The translations under genes were made by a program, and so were the position numbers. From contig JAQGDQ010001568.1 in the NCBI GenBank assembly GCA_030141605.1, positions 1 through 34,386 on the forward strand: 34,386 bases of DNA. Direction: 5' to 3'. Below the pieces are notes generated by a model that searched no databases, had not been told where the DNA came from, and saw only the letters and a list, made by a program, of their open reading frames with translations. The first letter of the stretch is position 1, and every line of letters starts with the position of its first letter. Source of the DNA: Tubiluchus corallicola. Lineage: Eukaryota; Animalia; Priapulida. Shown piece by piece: positions 12,341-23,164 of this stretch.

Positions 12341-12467
12341 GAAACATGTTCTAGTTGTCATAGCATTCCATACTATGATCTCTGGCTAAACACAGACGTG
12401 TCTCCTCAACTCAATGACTTCTTTATATGCAAATGGATTCCACCAAGATGGGAACCAGTATATATAA
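12341..12467 (+). CDS. B4GAT1: B4GAT1-like coding exon 2
   Basis: Acceptor ttattttcag|GAA at 12340/12341. Translates in phase 0 to ETCSSCHSIPYYDLWL...WIPPRWEPVYI (GT49 CxxCH and WEP motifs). Donor A|gtattt at 12467/12468 gives phase 1, matching exon 3. Confidence 0.85.
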
Positions 12468-13313
12468 GTATTTCTGTTTTCAATATATGAAGCTGAACTG
12501 AATTTAATGCTTTAATAAGTCTCACTTTTAGGGACAAGAGCAAACATAACTTTCAAGATATGCTTTAAATTTTTCCTTATTTTTTATGCATTTCGGCAGC
12601 TTGCAAGCCAGAGCCCATTATTCAAGGTTGGTTCTTGTGAGATCTGTTGCTAAGGTTGTATTTTTGATATCGGCGGAAGGTGTATGCATCCTCTGTTCAC
12701 ATGTAATGAAATCAACCCAGATCGAGAATCAAATCTGCACACAACCTAAGGGTCAAGTTGAGAAAAGCCACTGAGCAATGATTATTGCATTTTATTATCC
12801 ACCAGAAGGCAGCAGTCAAACATGTTATCAGTATTTTGATTTTCTATGTTACCTGCATATATGTAATACTTCAACAGATGCTCAATCATTAATGCATCAG
12901 TTTCAGCTTTGTGGCCCTTTGTAAATAACGTAAAGACCCAGATTTCATTTTACCATCAAGAGTGTTTCTTTCCTGGGGCCAAACAGTCACCAAAAAGTTC
13001 GGCCGCTGTTACGACAGTTCGCTGAGATGGCAAGTTTTGCGGTAATTTCAATTTTTTGGTGAAACCGGCGACTATTTAGTGACATTTGGCGCATGTTTGT
13101 AAACGGTTAGTAAAAATTTTTCAATAGTCGACAATTTAACATTAAGATTTTTCAATAGGGCGGAAGACAAATTGTCGAGGTTAGGACATAGAGTAATATT
13201 GTACTTATTGTAGACAACTGCAGGATGAAATGATATAAACAGATTGCTAAGTTTTGAATGAATGTTGATTTAGATAAAAATTGTGCACAGGGCCAAACCA
13301 TACTCCCAGCCAT

Positions 13314-13392
13314 ATACACACGCACACGCACACGCACGCACACACACACACGCGCGCGCACACGCGGTCGCACGCACGCACGCGTGAACGCG
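13314..13392. repeat. Alternating purine-pyrimidine (CA/CG)n microsatellite
   Basis: tacacacgcacacgcacacgcacgcacacacacacacgcgcgcgcacacgcg...; explains the RTRT/VCVC ORFs. Confidence 0.9.
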
Positions 13393-15482
13393 TCTCAATT
13401 AATAACCATGAATAAGAAGACTGTCCATATATCAATGAAGAATGTCCACATTTTTAACATGAAATTTCCTCAAACGTTCGTTAGAAAAATCTCTTTGCAG
13501 AACTGTAGGCTGAATTGGACGTTTGCAGCACTTCTGAGCTTTAAAAGTAAACAAACAATGCTGTCAGAAAGAAAGTTCCAACATTTTTCATACATAACAG
13601 ACAAAGGGGGTAATAAGTTACCCCACACGAGGTGGCATCTGATACCGGGCTTTGTAAAAAGCGTGAACAATAGTTATCAACAAAACCAAGGTTTGGTTGC
13701 ATAACAAATCAAAGAATATTTAATCACTATTAGTTTGAAAATTTTTCATTGTATGCATCAATATAAAAATGTGAGCAAACACCCCTGGGGTAATTTTTTA
13801 CCACACTTTACTCGGCTAAGGATTTTGAAAGTGAAGTCTAGCATACTAATGCAATTTTTGTTTTTACTACGACAATAAAATGGACAAAAGTGAAATCCGT
13901 CCTGGTATTTGCTAAATCATCTTGACTAGATACAGTTGAAGGTTTATAATAATTACTAGATATTGAAAAAAGTTGTCAGGATCATTATTATTAGTGGCAA
14001 AGTTAGAAAACTCACGCAAAGAAAGTAGACTGGTCAGAGTCGACATGGATACAACTATTCTAAAAAAGCTTGTATATTCTCATTCTCTTGCTCTTGGAAG
14101 GGCGAAATAGCATTTAAGCACTTCGTACAATAATGAATGTCATTAATACTTTCTAGTATATTGAACTGTTTAATTTTCAGTGCACTGACAGAGTATAGCA
14201 CATTTTACATGGGAACATAACTGGCAAGAGTATTTATATTTTTTGCATCCCATACTTATGCTACTCTGATCAGAACCATGCTACATGTTGGCACATTAAT
14301 GAAACCATGGTGTTGTACATCACCTTTGAGCTGTAGCAGCAGCTGGACCCTAATGAGGTGTCTAGATACACTACTTTTTTGTGTATTGTTCACGACAACT
14401 GGTAAATAAGAGACTGAGTGATGACCACTGATCAATCGAAGAGAGCTGGTTACCTTAAGTTTACCCTGCAAATCACGCTACCAATCGTCTGAATCTAACT
14501 CTTTCAGCCTTCTTATAAATGGCTTTATATATGAGCAAATTTGAGTTTATATATACTTTTTTTATTTTTATCTTTGCATTTTGCATTGTAAATTTTGGCA
14601 TATGACACATATTGATTATCTAAACTTTAGTCAAATATATTTCTCAATATTTTTACAGTTGATCACACAAGTGTGATCGTGTGACCATCGTCTACCAGGT
14701 CATTCTTTCCCCCCTCACCTAACCCCCCCCCCCCATACCGGGCTATAACATATTGTTTGGCATATTTGACCTAATTTAACGGTTTGAATTTTAACGTTAA
14801 ACATTTATTTTCGCTCCTCCACTGAAGGCGACTCCATATTGAGATTAAACGAAAAGTAGAACTGGATGAAAAAACATTTGTCTTTCTTGCTAAACTACTT
14901 ATCTACTCTTTTTTGTTGATGAAAACTAATGTACAAATTGGTCCTAGAAATGCGATAACCAAAAAGGTTATGCTAGGTGCGAGCACATGTCTTTAGGTTG
15001 TTCTGAAGCATATCGCTAAACAGCGGCCGACCAGCTTTGTGGCACCGGGCATTTGTTAGTATATGTAGTTTTACTAGAGAGAAAAGAATTATGTAATAAA
15101 TGTAAAAACGGAAAAGTTAGGTAGGTCAGTAAGAACAGGAGAGTGCTAAAAACAGTTTCGAGAAAGAAGGTCACGAGAGTAGGTTTACATATTATAGTTA
15201 TAGTTTCTGAGAGGTGATTATATTCTCATTTTTGTAGGAGTGTAAGTATAATCATAAAATAGTTTGTATTAATGGAGAGAAATTTTGTATACGTATAGTT
15301 ATAATATTTTTCAAGGAATATGTTATAAAGGGAGTAAGGAAGACAAACAGACAAATACAAATACAGGCTTTTGGAGGCATCAGGAGGAACTTGAGAGTCG
15401 AGTTTCGGCTGCCTGCTTTCTTTCTTGCTGAAAAAGTTATTTTCTTTCTTTTTTTGAACTACTTATCCACTCTTTTTTCTAG

Positions 15483-15835
15483 GCAGAAATGAGGAGCCAT
15501 GGTATGATGAGAGATTTCGTGGCTATGGATTTAACAAAGTGCAGCAGTTTTTCGAGTTATGTTTAGAAGAATATGAATTTCATATACTAGACAATGCTTT
15601 TCTGATACATCAAACAACTTCGCCAAGTAATAAAGATGGCTTACAAGAACATGAAGAACTCATCAAAAGAAATGGTCACTTAAAAAGACAGTTTAGGGCT
15701 GACACTTTAGCCCGATTTTCACACAAACCAGATGTTCAAAAGTTTTGTTCTCGTAAATGGGCGAAGTCAAGTTTGTTGGTTCTTGGTTATTTCAGCAAAA
15801 CGTATCAGCATCTCAGTGCGAATATAGATAGCTAG
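15483..15835 (+). CDS. B4GAT1: B4GAT1-like coding exon 3 (terminal)
   Basis: Acceptor tcttttttctag|GC at 15482/15483, phase 1 (A+GC=Ser). Encodes RNEEPWYDERFRGYGFNKVQQFFELCLEEYEFHILDNAFLIH, which resembles B4GAT1 [38 protein letters not shown]. Stop TAG at 15833-15835. The spliced product is 497 aa. Confidence 0.9.
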
Positions 15836-16184
15836 CTGTTTTGTTTCTTAACTTTGTTGAACTCTCGTAACTCAGGCCTTGCTGGCTGTGTTTTGTAACT
15901 ACAACTACTACTACTACTGTATTTGATTGCGTAATTTTTCAATTGCATGGTATAAGGTGCTAACATATCCACAATATCAGTATAAAGATTTACAATTTTC
16001 ACAAACTTTGTTGTTTTTTAGTTTTTCATTCATACAGTCTGCAATTTCAAAGAAAAGATTAACTAACGTTTTTCAATGTTGCCTTAGTTTGTCAAGAACT
16101 TTATCAGGAATTCAGATCATGAATATGGCTGATGTAATTTGTTAGAGTTGCAAGTAGCGGTGATCTATGAACATTGTGTGGTTT

Positions 16185-16596
16185 AGGGACCCCATTTTTT
16201 CCCCTTTCAAATAATGAGATATCCGAGGGGCAGCCCCAAACCTAATGCCATCCCTTCAAATAATGGAACAGACCAAACCCACTCCAAATAATGTCAAACC
16301 CTAACCCTAGCTGCTAGTCCTAACTGCACCTCATCCCTACAAATAATGGAACTACTAAAACTCCCTCCAAATAATTTCCATCCCTAAGCTTGTTGTGAAG
16401 TGTGGTGTAGATTTGCACATGCATGCTTGTTGTAGCTCCATCTTGTTGCTTAATGTGGTGCAAGTGTTGTAAATTTGCACCAGCGTGGTTGCTCTAAGAT
16501 TGTGTAATAATCTTATGCAATTGCTCTTAAGATTGCATAATACATGAAGACATGCACATTAGAGCATATTGTCTATTCAGCAACACCATTTGCTAT

Positions 16597-16658
<62 letters not shown>

Positions 16659-17184
16659 GAGAAAGAGAGAAATTAAAATACTTCTCCAAACAACAAAATC
16701 ACGTTTTCATATTGTTCTGGTACAATTTATAGTTTCAAAATATTTATTGTTCGAGTTCCAATGAATTCTAGAAGGGACCCCATTTTTTCCCCTTTCAAAT
16801 AATGAGATATCCGAGGGGCAGCCCCAAACCTAATGCCATCCCTTCAAATAATGGAACAGACCAAACCCACTCCAAATAATGTCAAACCCTAACCCTAGCT
16901 GCTAGTCCTAACTGCACCTCATCCCTACAAATAATGGAACTACTAAAACTCCCTCCAAATAATTTCCATCCCTAAGCTTGTTGTGAAGTGTGGTGTAGAT
17001 TTGCACATGCATGCTTGTTGTAGCTCCATCTTGTTGCTTAATGTGGTGCAAGTGTTGTAAATTTGCACCAGCGTGGTTGCTCTAAGATTGTGTAATAATC
17101 TTATGCAATTGCTCTTAAGATTGCATAATACATGAAGACATGCACATTAGAGCATATTGTCTATTCAGCAACACCATTTGCTAT

Positions 17185-17246
<62 letters not shown>

Positions 17247-17360
17247 GAGAAAGAGAGAAATTAAAATACTTCTCCAAACAACAAAATCACGTTTTCATAT
17301 TGTTCTGGTACAATTTATAGTTTCAAAATATTTATTGTTCGAGTTCCAATGAATTCTAGA
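16185..17360. repeat. Perfect tandem duplication of a 588-bp unit (16185-16772, 16773-17360) containing a (GA)n microsatellite
   Basis: Both copies start agggaccccattttttcccc and end gaattctaga. Identical ORF translations occur 588 bp apart (16544/17132, 16552/17140). Confidence 0.97.
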
Positions 17361-17432
17361 AGTACAAGCTTCTACATTTGATTAGATGTTTCTATAATTA
17401 TTAAAATTCTACACATTTGATTATAAAATTAC

Positions 17433-17486
<54 letters not shown>
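17433..17486. repeat. (TA)n microsatellite
   Basis: Directly visible. Confidence 0.95.
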
Positions 17487-17489
<3 letters not shown>

Positions 17490-17578
17490 CGAACGAAGCC
17501 GTGTCGATGATGTTGGCTGTTCTGATAGTAGAATTAGTAGATAGTTGGCCAGTGTTTCGGCTGGCAGGATAGCTCTGC

Positions 17579-17963
17579 CTCATCCGTTGCTCTGCAATCT
17601 TTTGGACGGTGACGGTCGTTCATTTTGTAGATCCTCCATGATTATTACTACATGATTTTGGGGTAGATGTTTTTTGACGAATCCATATATCTCGAGCGCC
17701 TTGACATACATGATCCTATTTCTACTGGTTTGTCGTAGAATGTCGTCTAACTCTTATTATGACGTCTTCTAATATTCCCAGTCTACTCTAATAGTTGTGA
17801 GTGGATCGCTTTTAGTGGGGAACTCGGTGCCAAGGGGAGGTGGTTTGAAGCTGTAGATGTGGAAAATGCCAGCTTCTATTTCGTGAATCAAATTTTTAAC
17901 TTGGTATTCTTCTTCTCCGCACTGGAAGGCATTTATGGTGAGAACAATGTCCAATTCACTCAT
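17579..17963 (-). pseudogene. Decayed small DEDD-exonuclease-like ORF of a family I associate with invertebrate Maverick/Polinton (adintovirus-like) elements
   Basis: Reading through the stops gives MSELDIVLTINAFQCGEEEYQVKNL..HIYSFKPP..IRVDWEY*KTS**ELDDILRQTSRNRIMYVKALEIYGFVKKHLP..VIIMEDL. This follows the recalled pattern VDxQGF..F.VKEL..HF.FKPP..HG..W..G..Y.EL..IL..IYVKG.EK..L..VINLEDL. Confidence 0.55.
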
Positions 17964-18273
17964 CCATGGCAGTCAGTTTGCCGACTATGACGATATTCTT
18001 CTGATTGCTTTCAAAGAGCAACGACTTGACTTTCTGAATGGTGTGTTTCTGCAGCGCCTGTTGTATACCAGCTAGCCGGAAAAAAATTACTATCGGCTGT
18101 ATGGATCGCATTTTTGAGTAAAAGAAAATCTGTAAGAATAACCATTTCTTTTGCACTGTCAGCGCCTTTAACTAATAAATTGCAGAATCTTTTAGCCATA
18201 AATTTGCTGTATAAGCTCAGTGGTGTTTATTCAGCGTCAGTTGCAACGTAAAAGTTATAGAAATGTTTTAAGG

Positions 18274-18693
18274 AAAAACGCTGACGGAAGAAAATGTTAA
18301 AACTCGTCCTGTTTATTACGTAAAACCGCTGGCGGTGCAAAAATGATTAAACGTATTCTGTTTATTAAGTAAAAACGCTTGCAGAACAAAATGGTAAAGC
18401 TTATCCTGGTCTTTCAATTCGGTAAAAACGCTGACGTAGCAAAATGACAAAACCTACCCTGCTCTGCCAATGAAGTAAAATCGCTGACGGAGCAAAATGA
18501 TAAAACGCATCCTGGTCTGTCAATTTCGTGGAAACGCTGACGGTGCTAAATGGTAAAACGTATGCCGCTTTATCTACGTTGAAACGCAGATAGATCAATT
18601 TTAACCTGTTTTCTGACTAAAACGCTGTGAGAGCAAAATGGTACAGCGATCTAATACTTTAGTGGAAATTTCAAATAAACTGTTGCAAATTTT
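18274..18693 (+). repeat. Left arm of long inverted repeat; degenerate ~50-bp tandem units
   Basis: About 8 units of the type aaaacgctgacggNgcaaaatgRtaaaacg.atcctggtct. 18502-18521 is the exact reverse complement of 19553-19572. Confidence 0.85.
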
Positions 18694-18886
18694 TAAATCT
18701 TAATGTTATGCTGACCGATTTCAAATAAAACTGTTGATTATCGAGGCATCTAAAACAAATAAAAGTACCAGAATTTAGAAGAAACACCGAAGTACAATTT
18801 AGGGGTTAATAACCATTTGATATATTATATAATTTTCATTGATAATTTGCTTGCTAAAACTAAATCGCATATATTAATATTCATGG

Positions 18887-18911
18887 TATGGGCTTAATAT
18901 ATTTTTTACAT

Positions 18912-18947
<36 letters not shown>

Positions 18948-18962
18948 TATATTAAGCCCATA
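18887..18962. repeat. Perfect 18-bp inverted repeat enclosing a (TA)n tract
   Basis: tatgggcttaatatattt (18887-18904) and aaatatattaagcccata (18945-18962). Confidence 0.9.
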
Positions 18963-19423
18963 TCTATATATCAAACGAAAGGTCTCGATCTAGTGTCGTC
19001 TCATTGATGGTTTATTTTTTGAATCGGGCCCACCGGGAGGAAGGGGTGGCGAAAAACCTCAAAAAATGGCCATTTTCGGCCGTTTTTTGCAAAACTTATA
19101 CCTCTTATTTCTGAAGAACTGGAACGGGCCGAGGGTGGTGCTGGGTATGGATAGATAGCCCGTTCAGCGGAGGGTGTAGTAGGCATATTTAGAATTCCCG
19201 AGAGGGCCAATTTCTTTAACATGTGGTACCCCAAAATGTGACAGCAGCAACATCAGTGCATCAACATCAGCATACAATGTTTAAGAGCACTTTCCTTAAT
19301 TTCATGATATTCTTTCTTTTCACAACCTTATTTTAATTTAATTCCCGAAAGCTGTTTGATTCATATTTTCGTTGTATGAAAATAGCTGAATTCACCTTGC
19401 ATGCCTTCACAAAATGTGTACGT

Positions 19424-19748
19424 AAAATTTGCAACAGTTTTTTTGTAAAATTTCCACTGAGCTGTTAGATCATTGCACCTGCATCTCATTTTACTCTGTC
19501 AGCGTTTAACTCAGAAAACCGGCTAAAATTGCACTGTCAGCCTTTTAACACAGACAGACCAGGATGCGTTTTACCATTTTGCACAGTCAGCGGTTTTACG
19601 TATTTGACAGACCAGGATGCGTTCTACCATTTTGCACAGTCAGCATTTCACTCTATTGACAGACCATCATTTTGCTCGGTTAGTATTTTTCTCTATTGAA
19701 AGACCGGGATAGGTTTCGTCATTTTGCTCCTTCTGCCTTTTTTACTTA
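19424..19748 (-). repeat. Right arm of long inverted repeat
   Basis: The reverse complement aligns to ~18365-18693, including the unique inner segment gatctaa..agtggaaattt..aactgttgcaaattt. Confidence 0.85.
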
Positions 19749-20399
19749 AATGAAAGGCCCGTTACCATTTTTGAAGAAATTACCAAACGGGTATCTAAAA
19801 TCTAAACCTACGCAGGTACCCATAAAGGCAAAAAAACACTGGATCCTATCAAAACGCTGTAAGAGGAAGAAAGCAACAAAAGCATTTCCATAAATTTTGA
19901 CATTTAGACCAATCACGTGACTTTGACACTTTTTCATTTGCGAAGCCCATCCCATTTGTTTATTTGTGAAAACAATTGAGCCTAGCTGAAAATCCTGTGA
20001 AGAACTCAGAAACAAGCTTAGATTTGAAAGTGGCAGCTGAAGATTGGTACGGAAAAATGGCACCTATCAATTTTTGATGTTAACACGTTGAACTTGACAT
20101 AGTCTGTGCTATTTTCAGTTTTTAAAACCGAAATATTGAAATTATATTAATGATATATTAATTATATTATTTCACTGTAACAGAGCTTCATTATTAATTG
20201 ACTGCATGAGTTAGAAGATCACACATAAACTACTATCTGATTTAATCATGTTCTGTGATTACTGTAAAAAACAACTCTATCTTTTTAAAACACAACGTGA
20301 GGTGGGTCAAACCATTGGTGGTCTACATTGCTAAACAATTTGCCCTCTTACTTTTCCTCCTAGCAATAATTCTGTACTAGCCGAACACCGCAGAAAAAT

Positions 20400-20836
20400 G
20401 TTGAGGATGAACTCACAATAACAACCAGAGGACTAATAGATGCTGAATATGATCTCAGACAGAACAAAGGGAGCAAAAACCCGATAATTTGTGGTTATCC
20501 CCGCTTGACTTACCCACTGGAAAAAATGAAAAATTTAAATGTATCTACTGCAGCCTACTCTTGAGCCAAGGCAATTTTAAAGCATTTCTAGAGCAAATTA
20601 GGTTAAAAGACGATGTATCTTGTACATGTGGCGCCTACATTGCACTAGGGTCGCATTTATTACATCTTGTGAAAAGAGAAGAATTTTGTAACGCTTTAGC
20701 AGCAGGATGTGCTGGATATTTATATAAACCTAGAATGTTGTGTATTATACACTTTTGTAAATCTGATAAGGGATGAGTTTATTACTAGAACAATGTGTGA
20801 TTGCCTAACGCAAAGTCAGCAGCAGCAGCAGCAGCT
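20400..20836 (+). mobile_element. 3' end fragment of an R1/LOA/I-group-like LINE (C-terminal zinc knuckle) followed by a (CAG)n tract
   Basis: LLSQGNFKAFLEQIRLKDDVSCTCGAYIALGSHLL resembles LTGHGNF.AYL.RF.L.D.P.C.CG...T..H.L. (cag)n at ~20817-20835 may be the 3' tail. Confidence 0.6.
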
Positions 20837-20943
20837 GTTACTGATTTAAAGTTGCAGGCAGAGCATAATGGATGACGTCAGAACAATGGCTTTGCGTCAG
20901 CAGTTTTCCAAGCGAAAATTGCCAAAAATAGAACATCTAATTA

Positions 20944-21512
20944 ACTCGTCGGTACTCCTTTTGGTGGACATGTCCTAAAATACAGCCTACATAATCGTGT
21001 AGCTCTGTCCTTTCTCATTCTAAAGAGTCATATCTCCTAAGAACAAAAAAGATGCATTGTGCTATTCGTTTTCAAGCTTTGGGTTTTTTGCAAACTAATT
21101 GATAAACATTTTGCTCTACACTTAACAGCAACACAGTCTAACTGCGAATGTTGAGAAGCCCCCTCACATTAACTGTGGTAGGCCAAAATGTAATTTTGTT
21201 ATATCATAGTGCAGAAGATAACACCAGCGAGTGCTGTCCAGTGTAAGTGGGAAGTACTCTGAACACACTTGACATTGTTATACTCTTGTATGTAATACAG
21301 GTTTTGCGTAGTTCGTTAATTTGGAACAAGTTTACAGTTCGATTTATCACTTGGAGGGTCAGTTTCGTGTTTATTAATGAGATCTTGTTAGTCCCGCTGT
21401 GTATGCAGTAAATATAAAAAGCAAACAAGGAGCAAACAATAGCAAACATAAACAAGAAAATATTTATTCCCAGTGTGATACATAATGAATGAAAATACGA
21501 AATGGTACAACA
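20944..21512 (-). pseudogene. Possible relic of a type II Golgi protein, weakly GT92 (DUF23)-like N-terminal half
   Basis: Hydrophobic anchor GINIFLFMFAIVCSLFAFYIYCI and a stem, then HSLVLSSAL*YNK..TVNVRGF, QLVCK (other frame) and LYFRTCPPKGVPTS (other frame). These are in the order of the GT92 patterns VYSAYYD / IRV / LYC / YF.SCP..P.SV. Confidence 0.25.
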
Positions 21513-21766
21513 TTACATTATAGCGTCGAAAGACATGAAATTACTTCATTATTTTAATTTGGTTGCCCGTACTTTACCACAGTCACATGTAATCATAGTA
21601 TCCTTTTTTCCCAAAACTGAATATAAAGTTAATAGCATGTGAAAAACCTCTGTTATGTAAACACATTCATCTTATATACGGTTTTGCTGCTAAACGCTAA
21701 GTCTCTGACTAAACTAATTGTACTGTATGAACAAACTCACTGTTTTTGCTTTTAACTTCCGTAAAA

Positions 21767-22444
21767 TTATGTAGTCTTCCTCTCAGAAAACTGTTTGTCT
21801 TTTAGAGCGTCCCATCCAAACCTTATTGGATTTTCAGTTAAATTTACTAAAGAGACATTCCACACCAACAGAGGTTCAAAATCACATTCACCAATAGTTT
21901 CGTTAGTACTTCTCTGGTAATTCATTACAACTTCTTTTCTGTCACAAGCTAACGTTTCGTTAACAGGTAAAAATGCCATGTTTCTGGTGCAAATCCCCAA
22001 GTGCCTATTTGATGATATAAAAACACGTCTGCTTTATAACAGTCTTCACACAGATGATTTCTGAGTTTCCCTGTTGTTGAAATGGGTTTGTCTTTGTAGC
22101 GTTATACCCCAACATCAGTAGTTTTATGATACTGTAACAATGCAGCTTTAACCCATGTATAATAGTGAGGAGGAACTTCCAGATCATCTTCCAAAATCAG
22201 CCCGAATTCTCCTTTCCTTTCAGATGGTTTCCAACAATCATACCATTGCAAGTATGGTTCATCGTGTAGAAGGTGGACAATAACTTCCTTTCTACCATAG
22301 ATCCTTACAAATGAGTTAATGATGTTCAGTGTTGTCGCTGATATTGAACCCAACTTCATCCTCATTGTAGTGACTTTAATTAAGTGATTGTAGAAGCCTC
22401 AACAATGACTTTTGCCTACTGTACGTACGTACAACGCTTTTCAG
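21767..22444 (-). pseudogene. Frameshifted, internally deleted GT-A fold (GT2-like, LEDDLEVSP family) glycosyltransferase pseudogene
   Basis: Successive frames give VVRTYSRQKSLLRLLQSLN*SHYNEDEVGFNI / IINSFVRIYGRKEVIVH..YLQWYDCWKPSERKGEFGLILEDDLEVPPHYYTWVKAALLQY / GITLQRQ / VFLYHQIGTWGFAP / LACDRKEVVMNY..PLLVWNVSLVNLTENPIRFGWD. These match the family pattern IVLTYNR..SL.RLL.SL..A.Y; QW...W.P; LEDDLEVSP.YY; G.SLQR; FLY...GTWG. Confidence 0.8.
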
Positions 22445-22636
22445 CTATTTTATAAAGCAGTTAGTCATTCTAGATGCTCTTCGTAAAGACTTCGTAAGCT
22501 CTAAAACTGGCTTTTGCTTTTAAGAATATGCTTACTTAATAAATGCTTCACTTTAAGGTTATCGAGCTTTCTGGTCGAGAAATACCGCACTGTGTCACAC
22601 AACTTTGGCTTTGTTATTAGTTAATCCCAGATGCAA

Positions 22637-22921
22637 TCATATCTCCAACCTATCATGGGATGGGTGGAAGCGACAACCTGTGGCAGTTTTCATAACGTCA
22701 TAAATTAGGTCGTCAAATAACTCATATTTACCAACCATCCAAGCAGTCGCACCAATAATAGGTAATACCAGTGCTTTAAGCAAGCAAACTAAAACCTTTA
22801 TATAAATAACATTTATATCGAGTTGCCATCTACCTGTTCCAAGCTTCTTTATAACATTATTAATGTGTTTACTGAATTTTAATGAGTTATCTGAGCTGAA
22901 ATAGAGTGAGTGGCTGGGCAC
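22637..22921 (-). mobile_element. LINE (CR1/L2-like) post-RT fragment
   Basis: SSDNSLKFSKHINNVIKKL...LLKALVLPII resembles D..LKF.KHINNIVKKA...LYKALVLPILEY. Confidence 0.6.
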
Positions 22922-23164
22922 TTTGCTATACTGTTCATTTAATGCATCTCTGTTTCTTACATAATGCCAAAGTGTAATTTAATGCTTATTATTGAATAAT
23001 AATAAGGCAACTCTGAATGTTCATAAGAAGCATTTTAAAAAAAATAATTTTTTACATCACTAATATATTCAAATTTAGTTATTGTTTTTTTTATAAATAT
23101 TTATTGATACTAAAATTTGAATTACAATTTACTAACTCTATATTATTAAGTTTTACACCATAAT

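Noticed and set aside
13152-13704. ORFs with RTRT/VCVC runs (up to 148 aa)
   Set aside because: Driven by the (CA/CG)n repeat inside intron 2; no recognisable domain.
13600-13815. ggggtaa..ttacccc motifs and ttttaccacactttact resembling a pogo/Tc1-type MITE end
   Set aside because: Could not find the matching opposite terminus or a TSD.
15020-15062. GC-rich stretch ending TTAGT resembling a Helitron 3' end
   Set aside because: The hairpin is imperfect, the terminus is not CTAG, and no 5' end was identified.
16544-17352. Duplicated RERE-rich ORFs
   Set aside because: (GA)n translations within the 588-bp duplication.
19750-19893. 47-aa basic ORF (MKGPLPFLKK...) beside the right repeat arm
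   Set aside because: Short, A-rich composition explains the Lys content; no homology recognised.
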